A stretch of DNA of 64,000 nucleotides from Podarcis filfolensis. Taxonomy: Eukaryota. The stretch lies in NCBI GenBank assembly GCA_964270895.1, contig OZ185436.1. One strand, given 5' to 3'. The position numbers and the translations under genes were made by a program. This document shows positions 20,115-33,628 of the stretch, in pieces (within the stretch, counting starts at the first letter, position 1; the number at the start of each line of letters is the position of its first letter). The notes beneath the pieces are model-generated. The model was not told the origin of the DNA and made no database searches. It worked only from the letters and a program-made list of their open reading frames with translations.

Positions 20115-23100
20115 CGGAATTTGGCACCCAAGCCTGTGGTTCCCCATCCCCATTACAGAACAACTTATCTGTTGAGGTCAGAGGTTGTTTCTCTCTTCTC
20201 TGCCGTAGGCTGTGAAACGGTTCTGTTCTCTGACTACCTACCCTTTGGGGAGCCTGGTTGCTGGTCTGTTTCGTGGGGCCTGATCGTTTTAGCTGGAGGC
20301 TGTTGTAGCTGAAATGGCTGATGGATTGTATTTTAAATTGGTTGGAATTGCATTTTAAAATGTGTGTTATTCTGTGCAGAAGAGACATAACAATTTTTCG
20401 GATAACTAGGCCTGCTAAGAGCTGGCTCCTGACAGTGTAGAGTCAAGAAGAGGCAGCATGAGGGTAAAGTGAGCAGTGCAGTCCTGTCATGCGCTCCTGC
20501 GCGTCTTCAGGGCCCCTCTCTGCCCCTTCAGACTCGTCACTGCAGTATTACCAAGGACCCTCATGCAAACTTGTTAGGAAGGTGCAGCTTTTAGATTCTG
20601 GGCTTTGTGTTCTTTCGGTGAGTGGGGGACTCTTTAGATAGTAAAAAGTGTTGCCTCACTTAAGCTCAGAACCTCGAGTCAATCTTGCTGCATTTGGGAC
20701 TTTTCTGCAAATTCTGCTGAGTGGGCCCTGGACCTCTGCACCAAGTCCTGCCCTGATGGCACACCTGAGCAGCCCATCCCAAGGATGACCCTATTCCACT
20801 CTCAAAATGCACACAACCTCCCCACAAGTGTGCTCAGTCATGAAAAATATTGCAATTTTTTAGGGGGTACAACTGGAGTAAAGCTTTTATTCCCTTATTT
20901 CTGAATAGAGCTGTCTTCTGTAGCAATTTTGGGAAGACGGGGCAGTCTGAAGAGGGGAGCAACCCATGGTGCTGCGTAGCCTGTGGTTTTGACGATGGAC
21001 AAGCCTCCTGTAACTGGAAGGCTTCTGTCTTCTTCACGCAGACTCTGACTGGATCATGTCTTCTGGGTCCCCGGACCACCTGGCTCCCAGGCGCTCCAGG
21101 GCTAACTTGCCCTTATTATGCATCCAGACCGCTAGCATTTCTCTCAGTCGCAAACACAAACACAGAGATGGATCTCTGTTTGTTTTTTAGCCTACCAGCA
21201 AAGTGCTGGATATGCTTTAGCAGGCCCACACATTATTTATTGTCTAGGAAAATTGCAAAATGAAACAATAGACCTTGACAACAGCTCATTATTTTCTAGC
21301 TTATTTACAGTCATACATAGAACCCCCTATAAAATTTTAGAGAGGCAGTAGACTTTTGAACAAGAGGAGCTGCATTTCTAGCTAGATTTGTAGCCGTTTT
21401 ATAGAATCCCATTGCTAACTTGGAAGTCGGGGGTTTTTTGATATCGTTTCTGGCTTCAATCTCCCCCCCCCCCCCATGATATATCAGCCAATTAATAGAT
21501 CAGTCTATCACCGAAGATGCTCAGAAACAGAGAAATGAAGGGAAACTTAACATTTTGTAAACAAAAGAAGAAGCATTATGGTATTGCAGAGTACTATAAA
21601 ATGTTGAGATAGATATTTAAAAGAATAATTTATACCTTTTTTAAAAAATGAAAGAATCCTACTGCATCAGACCACATCCAGCATCCAGTTTTCCATAGAG
21701 ATCAACCACATGATTAGCTTGATTATATGTGTGTGTGTGTGTGTTTTCTTCCAAAGTATTTTAGTACTTTGGGCTATTCCCATGAAACATGTAAAACTGA
21801 AGCAGAGCTTTTATTGGACTTCCCTTCTTCAACATATTTCTCCTAGCTATTTGGGTTTTTTATTGCATGGTATCCTTATAATAAAAAAAGAAAGCATTTG
21901 GCATCATTCTACTGTGTTTCAGTTTGGTTACAAACCACTAAGTGATTTCAGACATCCCAAACTCAGTGCAAGATATTAGAGACTTCCCTGAGCAAGATCT
22001 CGGTTTTATCGCATGTGCAGATAGATAGATATAACATTTTTCTTGTTTTGACATGAACCATGAGGGGCTTCCTTTTGAAGGCCATAATATGGCATATAAA
22101 TTATTTTAGAAATGTGAGGAGCAAAAGACAATTGGGTCAAGGCCAAGAGACTTGACTTCATACACACCACACATTTAAAGCATCCCGGTCCCAGGCTAGG
22201 AGAAGTGGGCACTGTGCCCTTCCTTCCAGGTGTCCTGGGACAGAAGGGCACCTGGGTCAGTACTGTGCAGGTGTGTAGCTTCTGACTGGCCACATGCACT
22301 CAGTGAAGTCGACTGTGTCAGTGGGCTGCTGCACCTGTGCTGAGCACGCTTTTGCCAGTCAGAAACTACAGTGTTGACAGAGATTCTTCCACTATGGCCA
22401 CAAGCCATATGCAGATGAGAAGAAGGGAAAATTTTCATTCATATATGCTGCTCAGGTGTCTTGTGAAGCCCCAGCCTACATCACTCTGGTGTAGAGACAA
22501 TGTTGGAGCAGCCCCCGCCCTGCTCCAAACCTAAATCCCGACTTAGCTGTAGGCAAGATCCCAAAGCGCCAACTACTTGATCCCATTTCTCAGTGGCATT
22601 TGTTTGCTTTGACTAGCTGTTTATATTGGACTGGGAGAGAGGAAGAAGCTGCTGGATTGGGCAGTCCATCAGAGTCTCCAATCTAATCCATTTAAGGAGC
22701 TGGCTATATATTCCTTTCCCATTTGGAAAATGAAAAAGGACACGCTGACACGACCTTGTGGTCGCCTGAAGCACGCTGCAGGCAGAAATGGAATTGTGCA
22801 TCTCTTTGCCCTTCAAAGTTAGAGGGGGAGCGGGGAGATTTGCCACAGACTGTCTCTGTAGAGCTATGAGGAGAGACAGCCGGAGAGGAAAAATGCTGAG
22901 ATGGGGTAGGATAAGGCCATCAAGAAGCCACTGTAACCCAGTCAACAGCACTGGCCCTTGGGGAGGCATCTTGGGAAAGGGAGATAAATGCCACCCAATT
23001 TCTTGGATTTTAAGCATACGGTTTTTAATTCTTAGTGAGACCAAGGACACCAGCATTTATAGAATCAGAGTTGGATTCTTCTACTGCTGCATCTTCCATG

Positions 23101-23776
23101 GCAGTCAGGGCCCTTTACAGGCAAGACCAGATCAAGTCTATGACAATCTGCCATAGAATAGAATCAGAAAGTTACTCCCGCCTCACTTCCCCAACACAAT
23201 AGGAGGCGGAAAAGAATATCTAGAGATCTCACTCCATCTGATTTATTGAAGCCCTTTCCAGTTTCAAAGAAGGGTTTGCCGAAGACGCATAGGCACTGTG
23301 TCTTTGGTCTCCCCCCCTCCCCCACCACCCCAGTAATAAACCAAGTAAAGAAATAAGTAAAACATTTGCAGATATTTTTAAATTCCCATCATCTGCAACC
23401 AAGGAAGCTATTTCACTCTGTCTTACAATAGGGGAGGCGCTTCTGTTCCCCATACAGTCAACATGTAGACAAGAACTATATCAGTGAAAGGAATCTAATA
23501 GGTTATAATCTGACCAGCTGCCAGAAGCAGGCCTTTCCTATACCTTCAGCATCACTGCAACATTTATGGGCATTCTCGGCACTCAGTGATGCATCCCCAC
23601 CCCCATATAAGTACACACTTGATGTTTAATCTCATGTGTGGATATCAATTAAATGCTGCACTTGCCTCCCACCACCAGTGGCAAACAGTGAGTGACCAGC
23701 TCTCACTGGCACAGACCTGCAGAGGGTTGCATACACACATTTGCTCCCCAAATACCCCATTCAACATGTTCATGGG

Positions 23777-23865
23777 CAGGGTCCCCCCACCCCGCCAGAA
23801 CTCAGTTCCGGCACCTCTCCGGTGGGCGCCATTGCCATTATAAAAGAACAAGGGAGGCATTCATT
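23777..23865 (+). mobile_element. Truncated copy of the hAT MITE family at 1743-1876
   Basis: gccagaactcagttccggcacctctccggtgggcgccattgccattataaaagaacaagggagg aligns to the reverse complement of 1743-1876. Confidence 0.7.
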
Positions 23866-24601
23866 CAATATATTTTTAAAATCTGAAAAAGAAGGGGAGG
23901 GGTAAAGGAACTGCTGTGAAAAGGGATGACTGAAGCGGCTGTTTCATGGAAGGCTAAGGAAGAGAAGTGAATTTCCCTTTCCCAAATGTACTCCCCCTCC
24001 CCAATCCAAAATATTAAACGGATGGTTCATTAGCTAGAATTCTAATTGTGCTGATTGGGAGAAAATGGCAGGTCTAATCCCCCTCCCATAAAGAAGATAG
24101 CTAGTCCTTCAAGTTTAGCTCCATAAGAAAGGAAGAAAGAGCAGGGAAACCAATATGAAGTAATATGAATTGTGTATTTTGGGCACTCCCCCATCCTTTC
24201 CTGCTTAGGGGGAAGGCTAGCAGCTTCATTAGTATTTCAGTTTCCCTGGCAACAAGGGTACCAAGTCTCTCTTCTCCCCCCCCCCCCATTTTGCTGTGAG
24301 TCTGACCTCCTTTGCCAACGAAGGAACAAATCCTTCAAAGTGAAATGTCAGTCATTTCTCCCAGCTGTGACTCATTTAGCAATGTTGTGGGAGGAAAGAA
24401 TTGGGCAGAGCTGCCAGGAGTTTGTGGCCTCATATTGATGTGGGCATATTTGCAAAGATGCGCGGGGCAGAGGTGGGTGGGGGGAGATCGGGAAAGCTGC
24501 TTCATTCTTTTGACATGCACAGAGAAATAATATTTTGGGAATTATAATATTTGCCCATGGCAGCCTATGGGATATATCCCGCCCCCTCCAAAAACAAGGG
24601 T

Positions 24602-24602
<1 letters not shown>

Positions 24603-24642
<40 letters not shown>
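24603..24642. repeat. (GT)20 microsatellite
   Basis: Direct reading. Confidence 0.95.
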
Positions 24643-24645
<3 letters not shown>

Positions 24646-24829
24646 GCTGTTCTGTGATTCTTCTGTCATTTCTAGCAAAACCAAGAGAGAAGTGGGTACA
24701 TTTTGATACAGTTGACAGGCATTAGAAGAGAGAAAATCTGCAGGGCCGTAGACTTGTTCATTTTTGTATTCTCCTGTAAAATCCTTCATCTCTCCCACTG
24801 CTTGAATAATCAACTTTCTCTTAAAGTCC

Positions 24830-25110
24830 TCGCCATTATCTCACATCACACCAGCTTCAGGGTTCTGTTTCTCCAGTTTCAAATTTCTGACTACCCTTGA
24901 CCACAGGTGCTCCTTCCTTTGCTCTCCCTACCTCATGGCAGATTGTCTGCCCCATTCTCCTGCTTCCGTCTAGGTGCCTTTTTGCTCTCCTGCTTCCTAA
25001 GCCTATGTCAATTTCCTTCATTGTGTTCAGTAGACTGCCTCTTTCAAGACCTCCCGTTTCTTTCAGGAACCATCCTGATGTCACTGTCATCACCTTACCT
25101 TACCTGACCT
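24830..25110 (+). mobile_element. Ancient L2 ORF2 fragment
   Basis: CT-rich; degenerate translation (FLTTLDH...VNFLHCVQ*TASFKTS) loosely resembles the L2 linker between endonuclease and RT. Weak. Confidence 0.3.
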
Positions 25111-26252
25111 GTGCCTGATCTCACTTTCATCCCTGTCTACTCCTTTTCCAAATGGTAAAGCCGCAGGACAAGGAGCTTATGTGGAGAAGCATTCAGACAT
25201 GTCGTCTTCCCCGACCTGCAGCCAGAATACACGGTTTCTTCTGTTCATCCAGTGTGGCTCTTGCTCTGTGAATCAGCAGCCCTCGTTTGTAATCTTAATT
25301 GCAATAAGTGTTAAAACAAAAAAAAGGCAGCAGGCTTGCAAGTAGACATAATTTAGAACTAATTTGTGTCTGCTAACAACCATGCCATAAAGTACCTCCG
25401 CATTTTTATAGGGCCTAAGGTGATGTTTGTCTTAATTGCCGCACACATAAGGAATTTTTAAACAATTGTTTGACTTAACTGGAAGAAAAAGACGAGAAAG
25501 CTGTGTGGGGTTCCAAACAAAGAATTTTAACTTGTTTATTTGACTTAATAAGCTCACTGATGTTGGGAGAAGGGACTGGCCAGGAGGGACTGTCATAGAG
25601 GATGCTTTGGTTATGGCCACTGGCTAGAGAAGGCCTCTTCAGTTCTGGGCAATATTTCAGCCTGGCTGTTGAGTGCAAAAAGACCAGCAGCTTCCTTTTT
25701 TGCTCTGCATTTATGTATTCAATCCAGACTCTTTTTTCGCTTTTGTGATAGTGAATTTATTTTTGTTTGCTAAATCGTTGGTTTTTATCCTGTGTGAATT
25801 TACTGATGCATTCCGTAAATTGGTTTTTCTCCCACCACGCCCAACCCAGTGTTCTGTATTTTGATCATAAGTGGAGATTTGTTGTATGCCAATTTTGCCA
25901 CAGCTCACTGTGTAAAGGCAATGACATATAAATAAACTCAACCCTTCAGTCCAGGGAGGGTATGTCTCTCAAAGGCGATGATTGGTCACAATAGCTGGAT
26001 TTTATTTATTTTATTTTTATGGTGCATGTACAGTTTAATTGTCGAAATCTCTATGCAGTTTGCATTGGGCGTAAATGAGGTCTCCATGACCAAAGGTAGT
26101 AGAACTTTGAAGTCCAGATGTTGGGGATGAATAAGGAAGGTCGGCCACCATCACTTTCGTTGCACTGCTTGTAAGCTTCTCAGAAACACCCGTCTGGTTG
26201 CTGTTGGAAACAGAATGCTAGCTACCTCAGGTGGACCTTGACCTGTTCTAGG

Positions 26253-26310
26253 AATAATAATAATTTATTTTTTATACCCTACCCATCTGGCTGGGTTTCC
26301 CCAGCCACTC
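26253..26310 (-). mobile_element. 3' tip of the L2 family seen at 17139-17970
   Basis: Its reverse complement gagtggctggggaaacccagccagatgggtagggtataaa matches ~17902-17940. Confidence 0.75.
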
Positions 26311-26369
26311 ACGGCTGTCAAGTTCTTATCAGATCAATATACTGATGGGGACATTGGTAATAAAGATCA

Positions 26370-26515
26370 GTGAAAGAACAACTGATTTGCATGTGAAAGG
26401 TCCCGATTCTCAGCATCACCATATAGGCATAGGAAAGACACTTGCTTGATAACACCAAGGACCGGTCAGTATAGACCATGCTGAGCTAGACCGACCAACG
26501 TTCTGACTTACTGTG
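26370..26515 (+). mobile_element. Degenerate tRNA-derived SINE
   Basis: ...aaggtcccgattctcagcatc...cagtatagaccatgctgagctagaccgaccaacgttctgactta resembles a common squamate SINE body and tail. Confidence 0.55.
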
Positions 26516-29123
26516 TTCTGACATAGTAAAGCAGGGTACTGCATTCCTGTGCCACACATACCATACCCAAATCCTCTTCCAACATGTCAATTCTGTTTCA
26601 GCAACCTGTGAATAATAGGAGTGAGGGTTTTCCCACCTTTACACTGTGAAGGCAGAGAATGTCTACAGCTCTACACAGAACGAAATGGACATGTGTAGTG
26701 TCCATGGACTATGTAGCTGAGCCAAACTTTGTTAGAGGGCTTTTTTTCTGTGAGAATTTGATTCTTTTCCTTTTTCTCAACCCCCTGCCCCCCAAGCCAA
26801 AGGTGCTGTAACGGCTAAATTTCTTTGCCACTTATTTCCATGTTGTTGCATTTTAGGATGAATGTTGTTACTACTATAACTGTAAAACCAATTTTAAAAA
26901 TAGGTTATAAAAAAGGGGAAAAGGCTGACCATACTCCTCCCCCACCCCTCCCTGAAAATTTTCCGTCAGTTTTTGGGGTGGGTGAGTGGGCACAATTTCT
27001 CCTTCAGTGTTCCATCACAGCGAATGCAAATGGCGCTCAGGCTGCCAGTCCAGTTGCTGTTGCTGCCTCTGCCACTATTCAAAATGCGAGTAATGGCAAC
27101 AAAAAGAAAAGCCCTTAGGGGTAAAAGGAAAAAAGACGCCGTGCTGCTACTGATAGTGAGGCCACCTTGGGAAGCGGGTGGAGAATTTCTCTTCTGCCTG
27201 TAAAGATTTGGTGAAATGGTTCCTCCTTACTACCTGATTTTAGAAACCGAAGAGGCTATTAATGTACTGTTCACTACCGCCAGGGATAAGACTGGGATTA
27301 TTATATAAGTGCCCAGGACAGGAGCAGCAAGTAAGTAGCAGCAGCAGCTAAGTGTTGATTGACAAGATGCCTGTCAGTGGCTGCCTTTGACTACTATGTG
27401 ATCTCAAGAGCTTTCGCAAGTCCCTTTGTCAAACCTGCACCTTTCTTGCCCCTGCTGCTCGCTGCCTCACATGAAATGAATGACCTTATTAGTCTGCCGT
27501 CTTCTTTGGCAGGGACTTTACTTCATTTTCCTGAATCTCTAAACTCTTTCCCACGTCCCCCTTAATCTTCCAGAACTTAGAAAACAATGGGCTGTTTTCA
27601 AACTATCCGGTTAGTTTACCTGGCATCTTAATTAGACTCAGATACATGTTTCACAAGCCAGTTTGCAGCCTGTGACACCCTGTGCTGCTAAAAGGAGACA
27701 GCAGCTAAGTGTTTTTGATAAAACCAAAACTCTCTCTTCCCAGACCCTTGCCTCCCCCCCCCTCCACCCCATCTCTTTCTCGCACCACCTCATCAGAAGC
27801 CAACCAGGGTCAGTTTAATAGGCTCTGGGGTGAAACAGCAAAGGAAAGAGAGATCATGTGAGAGCAAGTGGCGGTGATAGGGTCATTGCTATGCACTTGC
27901 CAAGGGGCCCTGAGCTCGCTCTCTTTTCCTGGGCCTTGGAACTGATCCATATAGTGATTCATTGAACTTGGGAGCTCTCCACGGAAACAAGAGGTAAAAT
28001 AATAATAATAAATCCACCATGTATTGTGTTTACCCTCGCATTAAATGAAAAGATTTAAAAGACTCTCTAATGATGCAAGGCTTCATGTACTGAGCAGCTG
28101 CCTCGCTAATTTTTATCTATTGGCAAGCACATAAAAGCTTTTGTGTGTGGAGAGATGCAGCAAAAATGTTTTCATGGAAGTGAGGAGCTGGGGCAGTATT
28201 GAACCATCCCATTGTAAAATTTCTCTTGCTCCATTATGACTGAATTCAGAGGAATTTCCCATACGGATGAATCATGATGTCCCCAAATCTCTGCACCAAG
28301 TGGGTTCTCTGTATCTTTCGTACATTGGGTCTGCTTAGCCCCTCACTTGATCACTTTATTAGAAAATAATTCCCAGAAATGGTGTTTAGCATTTAACTAT
28401 TATATTGGCCACTGGACTATCATCATATGAAGACTGAGGTATAAATTCCCTAAATTAATAAACAATTGTTGTTGTTACTGCTGTTCTTACATAAAACACC
28501 AACAAGCCCTGTTTGCACAATATTTGTGTTTCCTGCCTGCAACACCCCACCATATTCAATTTGTGTATGTTTATTTTCCATGTGTATTGTGCAAACATGG
28601 TTGATTGCATGTTTTCACCAATACAATGCTGTGCTTCATCCACCACAACACCCCTCTCCGCCTCCTGGCTGTCTCTTACATTCTTGAGAGCTGAGAACAG
28701 ACAGTCAAATAATCCAGCTTCATAAGAGTTTTATGGCTGGTGAATGTGTATCATACAGTGTACAAATTGTACTCTCTGCCTGTAGGCCTGCAATTAGGAG
28801 TGTACACTGTACGATATTAATTACCGTGCCATGCTCTTATCCAAGCAGGCTTGGCTTAGCTGCTGGATGGGCACGAGCTATTAATTACAGCATGAATTAA
28901 GATTTTCAGTGCAAACCCAGAATGTGTGCATGCGGGGCCTGGTTAATTATTGCGGTTATTATTTATTATTATTAATTGTTGTTCTGGCTGACACCAGCGC
29001 TATCTTGGTTTCTCAAATGTGAAACCAGGGACGTGTGACATGCCCAGTGAGGCATAGAAGTAGATTGTGGGGACAGATGAGAAAGGGGGGGAGACGGATG
29101 GGGTGGTGGTAAGACAAGTAACT

Positions 29124-29428
29124 CCAGTGCGGTGTAGTGGTTAAGAGCAGTAGTCTCGTAATCTGGGGAACCGGGTTCGCGTCTCCGCTCCTCCACATGC
29201 AGCTGCTGGGTGACCTTGGACCAGTCACACTTCTTTGAAGTCTCTCAGCCCCACTCACCTCACAGAGTGTTTGTTGTGGGGGAGGAAGGGAAAGGAGATT
29301 GTTTGCCGCTTTGAGACTCCTGAAGGGGAGTGAAAGGCGGGATATCAAATCCAAACTCTTCTTCTTCTTCTTCTTCTTCTTCTTCTTCTTCTTCTTCTTC
29401 TTCTTCTTCTTCTTCTTCTTCTTCTTCT
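29124..29428 (+). mobile_element. Squam3-like (Ther1/MIR-derived) SINE with an expanded (CTT)n tail
   Basis: A box cggtgtagtgg, B box ggttcgcgtct, CORE-like gctgggtgaccttgg...; tail (CTT)~24 at 29358-29428. Confidence 0.85.
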
Positions 29429-31452
29429 GCACTGGAGACCTGAGGACACAGAGAAGCTAAGAAGAGGAGTCTGGGCTGTGAGATGGGTACAGAATTTGAT
29501 TAAAAATGATCAGCTGCAGTTACTCATCCTGCTTGGATAAGTGATCCAAGTGAACCTCCCAGCACCCCAGGCATGCTAGGGATCTCTCTGAGCAGCCTTC
29601 ATCATCCTGTGCTGGCTGGGGCAGATGGGAGGTTGCAGTCCAAAACACCTGGAAAGTGCCAGGTCTAGCCAAGGACCACATTAAGCTGATGTGGACCCTC
29701 TGCCTTTTACTCAGCTGCCACAATGGTTGATTTCCATCAGGGTAAGCCAGTGTTTAATTCAGGGGGGCAGAAAGGTCAGAAGGAGGTCTTAGTGAAACCC
29801 AAAATGCCTACACCTCCTTTCATTTTGGTCAAATCGTGATAGCCTCCTCAACCATCTGAAACCAGTAGCTAAGACGGAGCAGGCCTCTTCAGCCCCACTA
29901 TAATTCAAGCACTGTCATACACAGCCTTGAGGGAGCAGAGAATCCTTTGTAGGGCGACCAGGTCTCCTTCACCTTCAACATGTCATGCAGAAGAGGGCAT
30001 TTTCACACATGCAGCTTTTCTCGGTCCTTAAGACACTATGTCATGATGAGAAGCTGCATTTTTCCAAAAGTCACTTCCACTCATGCACAGTCTTTAAAGG
30101 GCACGAATGCCCAAGGGGGGTCTCTCTCGTGTTTTGCATCCACCTCCAGCCTTTGATGCCTGCAGTGCCTTGAGTTGCGAAAGGCGCCTCTTGTTCTGCT
30201 TGCAGCCTCTGATTACATATGCAAACCATCGTGTTGGTTTCTGTTTTGCCCTCCCATCCCAAGCTGTTCTTGTTTTGTAATATCAATTAGACAGGGGGCA
30301 ATTAGCTGCAGTCTGAGTTAAACTGAAAGCTGTGCTCATAAGCAGCTATTGATAAATAGCTGCGTTGCTACGGCAGAGCAATTAACATCCAGGGCTGCTT
30401 TTGTCTAATTCAAGTTTTTATAGCTTATTATCAGATGATACAAATGCTGGCTCCCTGCTTCCAAGGCAGTAATGAGAGCTCTCCACCATGAGCCTTCATC
30501 TTTGATATTGGAGTTATTGGCTAAATACAGGCTCTTAATGCATCACCATAGCAACAGGAGAATGGAGCCAAGCACTTGCATAGAAATGGGGATTTGAGGG
30601 GGGGGCATTGTGTTCCCTGGTGTGACCACTTCTAGTGCTGTTATTCCTTTAAGGTCTGCTGACCTCTTTCGCCCTACCAAGATGGTCTCTCTTGCGGAGT
30701 TGAGATTTGCCTGGTGCATTGTGGACTGCTTCTCACAAACAGTGCACAAGTAATGATAAATCTGTGTCTGGAGTTCAGACTGTGGGTGCATAGTTGTGCT
30801 TGCCACCATATAAAATCAATCAATCAATCCCTGCAGGGAGAGAATAAGCATGTCAGGGAGCTGTCTTCTCTTCAGCAGGGTAGTTTTCATGTGAACCTAC
30901 ACCTGCAACAACTTTGTTTGCTATTTGTCAAAGAACTGGCCCTGCAGTGCCAAGGTGAACCTTGTCCTTGGTGACTCTGAGGTGAGTATTATATAGCACC
31001 ATGACAACCAAAGACTGTCAGGCTAACCAAGAAATGTCCTTATGTCTGCTGTCTGCAAAGCAAGGGGCTGTTACTGCAGGGAGGTGAGGTTGATGACTGT
31101 AAAAGGCAGGCATAGGGAAACACCTTCACTGCTCTGTGGCAGTGATGTGAACACACTAGCAACGAACGGCGCAATCCTTTGCATGTTCAATGGAGCTTGC
31201 TCCCAAGTAATGTATACAGGATTGCAGCCGAAGATTTCAGTCCTTTAAAGCAGCCCCACATTGCAATTCTATGTGCTTACTGTGTCCACTGGGAATTCCA
31301 TTGAACTAGTATAACTCAATTCTAAGTTGCACTGAGTTTCATAAGACTGAGTAAGAATTAGGAAGTCCGTACTACTCAAATCTCAGTTGTTATGTGGCCT
31401 CAGTAGCCAGTAGGCAAGATTCAGCCCCCCTCCCTTATGGGGCTGTTGTAAA

Positions 31453-31831
31453 GGATGCGGGCGGCACTGTGGTCTAAACCACTGAGCCTCTTGGGCTTGC
31501 CAATTAGAAGGTCGGTGTTTCATATCCCCGCAATGGGTTGAGCTCCCGCTGCTCAGCCCCAGCTCCTGCCAACCTAGCAGTTTGAAAGCACGCCAGTGCA
31601 AGTAGATAAATAGGTATCACTGTGGCGAGAAGGTAAACGGCATTTCCATGCGCTCTGGTTTACGTCATGGTGTCCAGTTGTGCCAGAAGCAGTTTAGTCA
31701 TGCTGGCCACATGACCTGGAAAAATGTCTGTGGACAAATGCCAGCTCCCTCGGCCTGAAAGCGAGATGAGCGCCACAACCCCAGAGTCGCCTTTGACTGG
31801 ACTTAACCGTCCAGGGGTCCTTTACCTTTAC
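31453..31831 (+). mobile_element. Sauria SINE (full length)
   Basis: Head ggatgcgggcggcactgtggtctaaaccac, body gtgcaagtagataaataggta, tail ggggtcctttacctttac; homologous to 40959, 51434 and 60146. Confidence 0.9.
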
Positions 31832-33467
31832 TATGCTGACCTGCCTTGCAGGGCTATTGTAAAGATTACTGAGTGTGAAACACTTTGAACACTCGGAAAG
31901 TGCTCTACAAAGATTGATTTTGTTATTAAATGTTTTAAAAATGTGTTTTAAAATAAACACTACTACAAAGAAAAGGTGTCTATTGACTCTGGATCAGCCC
32001 CTAAATTGCTAGAGCCCTTTTTTGTTTGTTTACATATGTACTTTCAAGGGGTAGGGTTATGGATAAAGCAAATCATGGACCAAAACATCCATTCATTATT
32101 GCCCTGTATTCATTTTTATAAATTGCAAATCCTGAGCAATCTTGTCTGCTCTGATTTTTGTGGTTGGGGAGGCATGCATCTTTCCCAGCCTATGTACTTG
32201 CAGCTTTCTGTTTTTTCATTTCAGCATATGTAAAGGCTCCAAGCTCTCACTGTAAATCATCAGTTCAAATGCACATCTGCAAAACGGCTCCTGGTGTGAT
32301 AGGTTTGGTATAGAACATGGAACACGGGAAAGGGATTGAGCAAGTAGCTGGGGGGAAAGGAAGCAATATAATTATGCAGTGGTTTGGGCTACACATGGAT
32401 TTTTTTGTGGCTTGTGTCCAGTATCCTTCACTGATGGTTTCAGGCCTGGGAAATATGTCCAACACCCCTGGCATCACATTTGCACTTCGATAACTATTGC
32501 AAGAAGCAGAAAGTATTTGAGCATTAGCGTATGCTGAGATGAGAATCTAAGGACTGTGTGACAGTATACTTTTCTGTTCTTTCTCCAGTATCTGTGCTGC
32601 ATCCCACAGTTTGAGAAATGTGGTGTATGATGTTTATTGACATTTATGTCACAGTGCGACTCAGGGTATAGGAGGGGAGCTGATGCTGGCTCTTATATAA
32701 GGATGCATGACACTGGGGAGAATAGATGGCTACTTTCTGTGATCCCTTTGATCATTCCAGCTAGTCTCTATCGCGTATAAATCCATGTTCCTTATGCAGC
32801 GTTCTCCTGCTTTTCGAAGCAGCCTTTAATCTCATCATTTAAAGAACACATGCTTTCCATGCTGCCTATCCTAACCTGAAGGGCAGAGCATCTGTTCAAA
32901 CAAACAAACTTAGGGGTGAGTGCACAGCCACTTCGCCCCATCCACTCTGCCTGTTGCTTTGTGCAAACTCCACGCCTCTAAAGAAGGTCCTCTGACCATT
33001 GCTTGAGGAGCAAGGCTTTTTTTGTATGTTGAGACCACATCACCTCTCTGAGTTCAAGGTACTTCAGTGTGAAAGGTTTATCCTTCCCACTTTCCTCTTA
33101 GAAAAAAAGGGAGATGTTGGGAGAGTGATGGAGTCGCAGGTTCCTGGTTTAGCTGCAAGAGAAGCAGATCATGGAATAATTATTTAGGAAAGGTTTGCAA
33201 ATGGCCTGGTGTGGTGAAAGAGCTCAGAACCAATTTTGCACTTCGCTTTTTAAACTCCTGAAACTCTTGAGATTTGTTGACAAAAATATGCATGTGTTGC
33301 CATCATTTGTTGAATTCGTTGAAAATGGAGTCCTCAGAGTATGCACTGAAACCGTAATCATGGAAGGATCAGGCCCTCCTTCCATGCTCATTTTGGGGAA
33401 ACCCCAGCCCATTTTTCTGTGACCATTTCATGACTGACAGCAGCATAGATTGGATTTTGCTGTGTAG

Positions 33468-33628
33468 GACTGCATACACCATCGTACAGTTAAACCACAC
33501 CACCACTACCCTGAATCCTGGGAATTGTAGTTTGTGAAGGGTGCTGGGAATTGCAGCTCTGTTAGGGTTGAACTGAAGTTCCCAGGATTCTTGGTTGGTT
33601 GGTGTCAGTGTATGGTGTGTATGCAGCC
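33468..33628. mobile_element. Palindromic MITE (possibly PIF/Harbinger type)
   Basis: Outer inverted repeat gactgcatacac / gtgtatgcagcc (11/12); inner inverted repeat gaatcctgggaattgtagtt / aactgaagttcccaggattc. TSD unclear. Confidence 0.55.

Noticed and set aside
19843-20388. 181-aa minus-strand ORF
   Set aside because: Overlaps L2 remnants and the inverted repeat; no protein-like signature.
26973-27121. Ala/Asn-rich frame (ANANGAQAASPVAVAAS) with an octamer ATGCAAAT at 27024-27031
   Set aside because: Low complexity from GCT/GTT repeats; no partner exons or homology recognised.
29013-29432. Poly-lysine ORF
   Set aside because: Translation of the (CTT)n SINE tail.
29122-29437. 9-bp inverted repeat CTCCAGTGC / GCACTGGAG flanking the Squam3-like SINE
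   Set aside because: The left copy overlaps the SINE's own head, and SINEs make direct, not inverted, duplications; likely coincidence.
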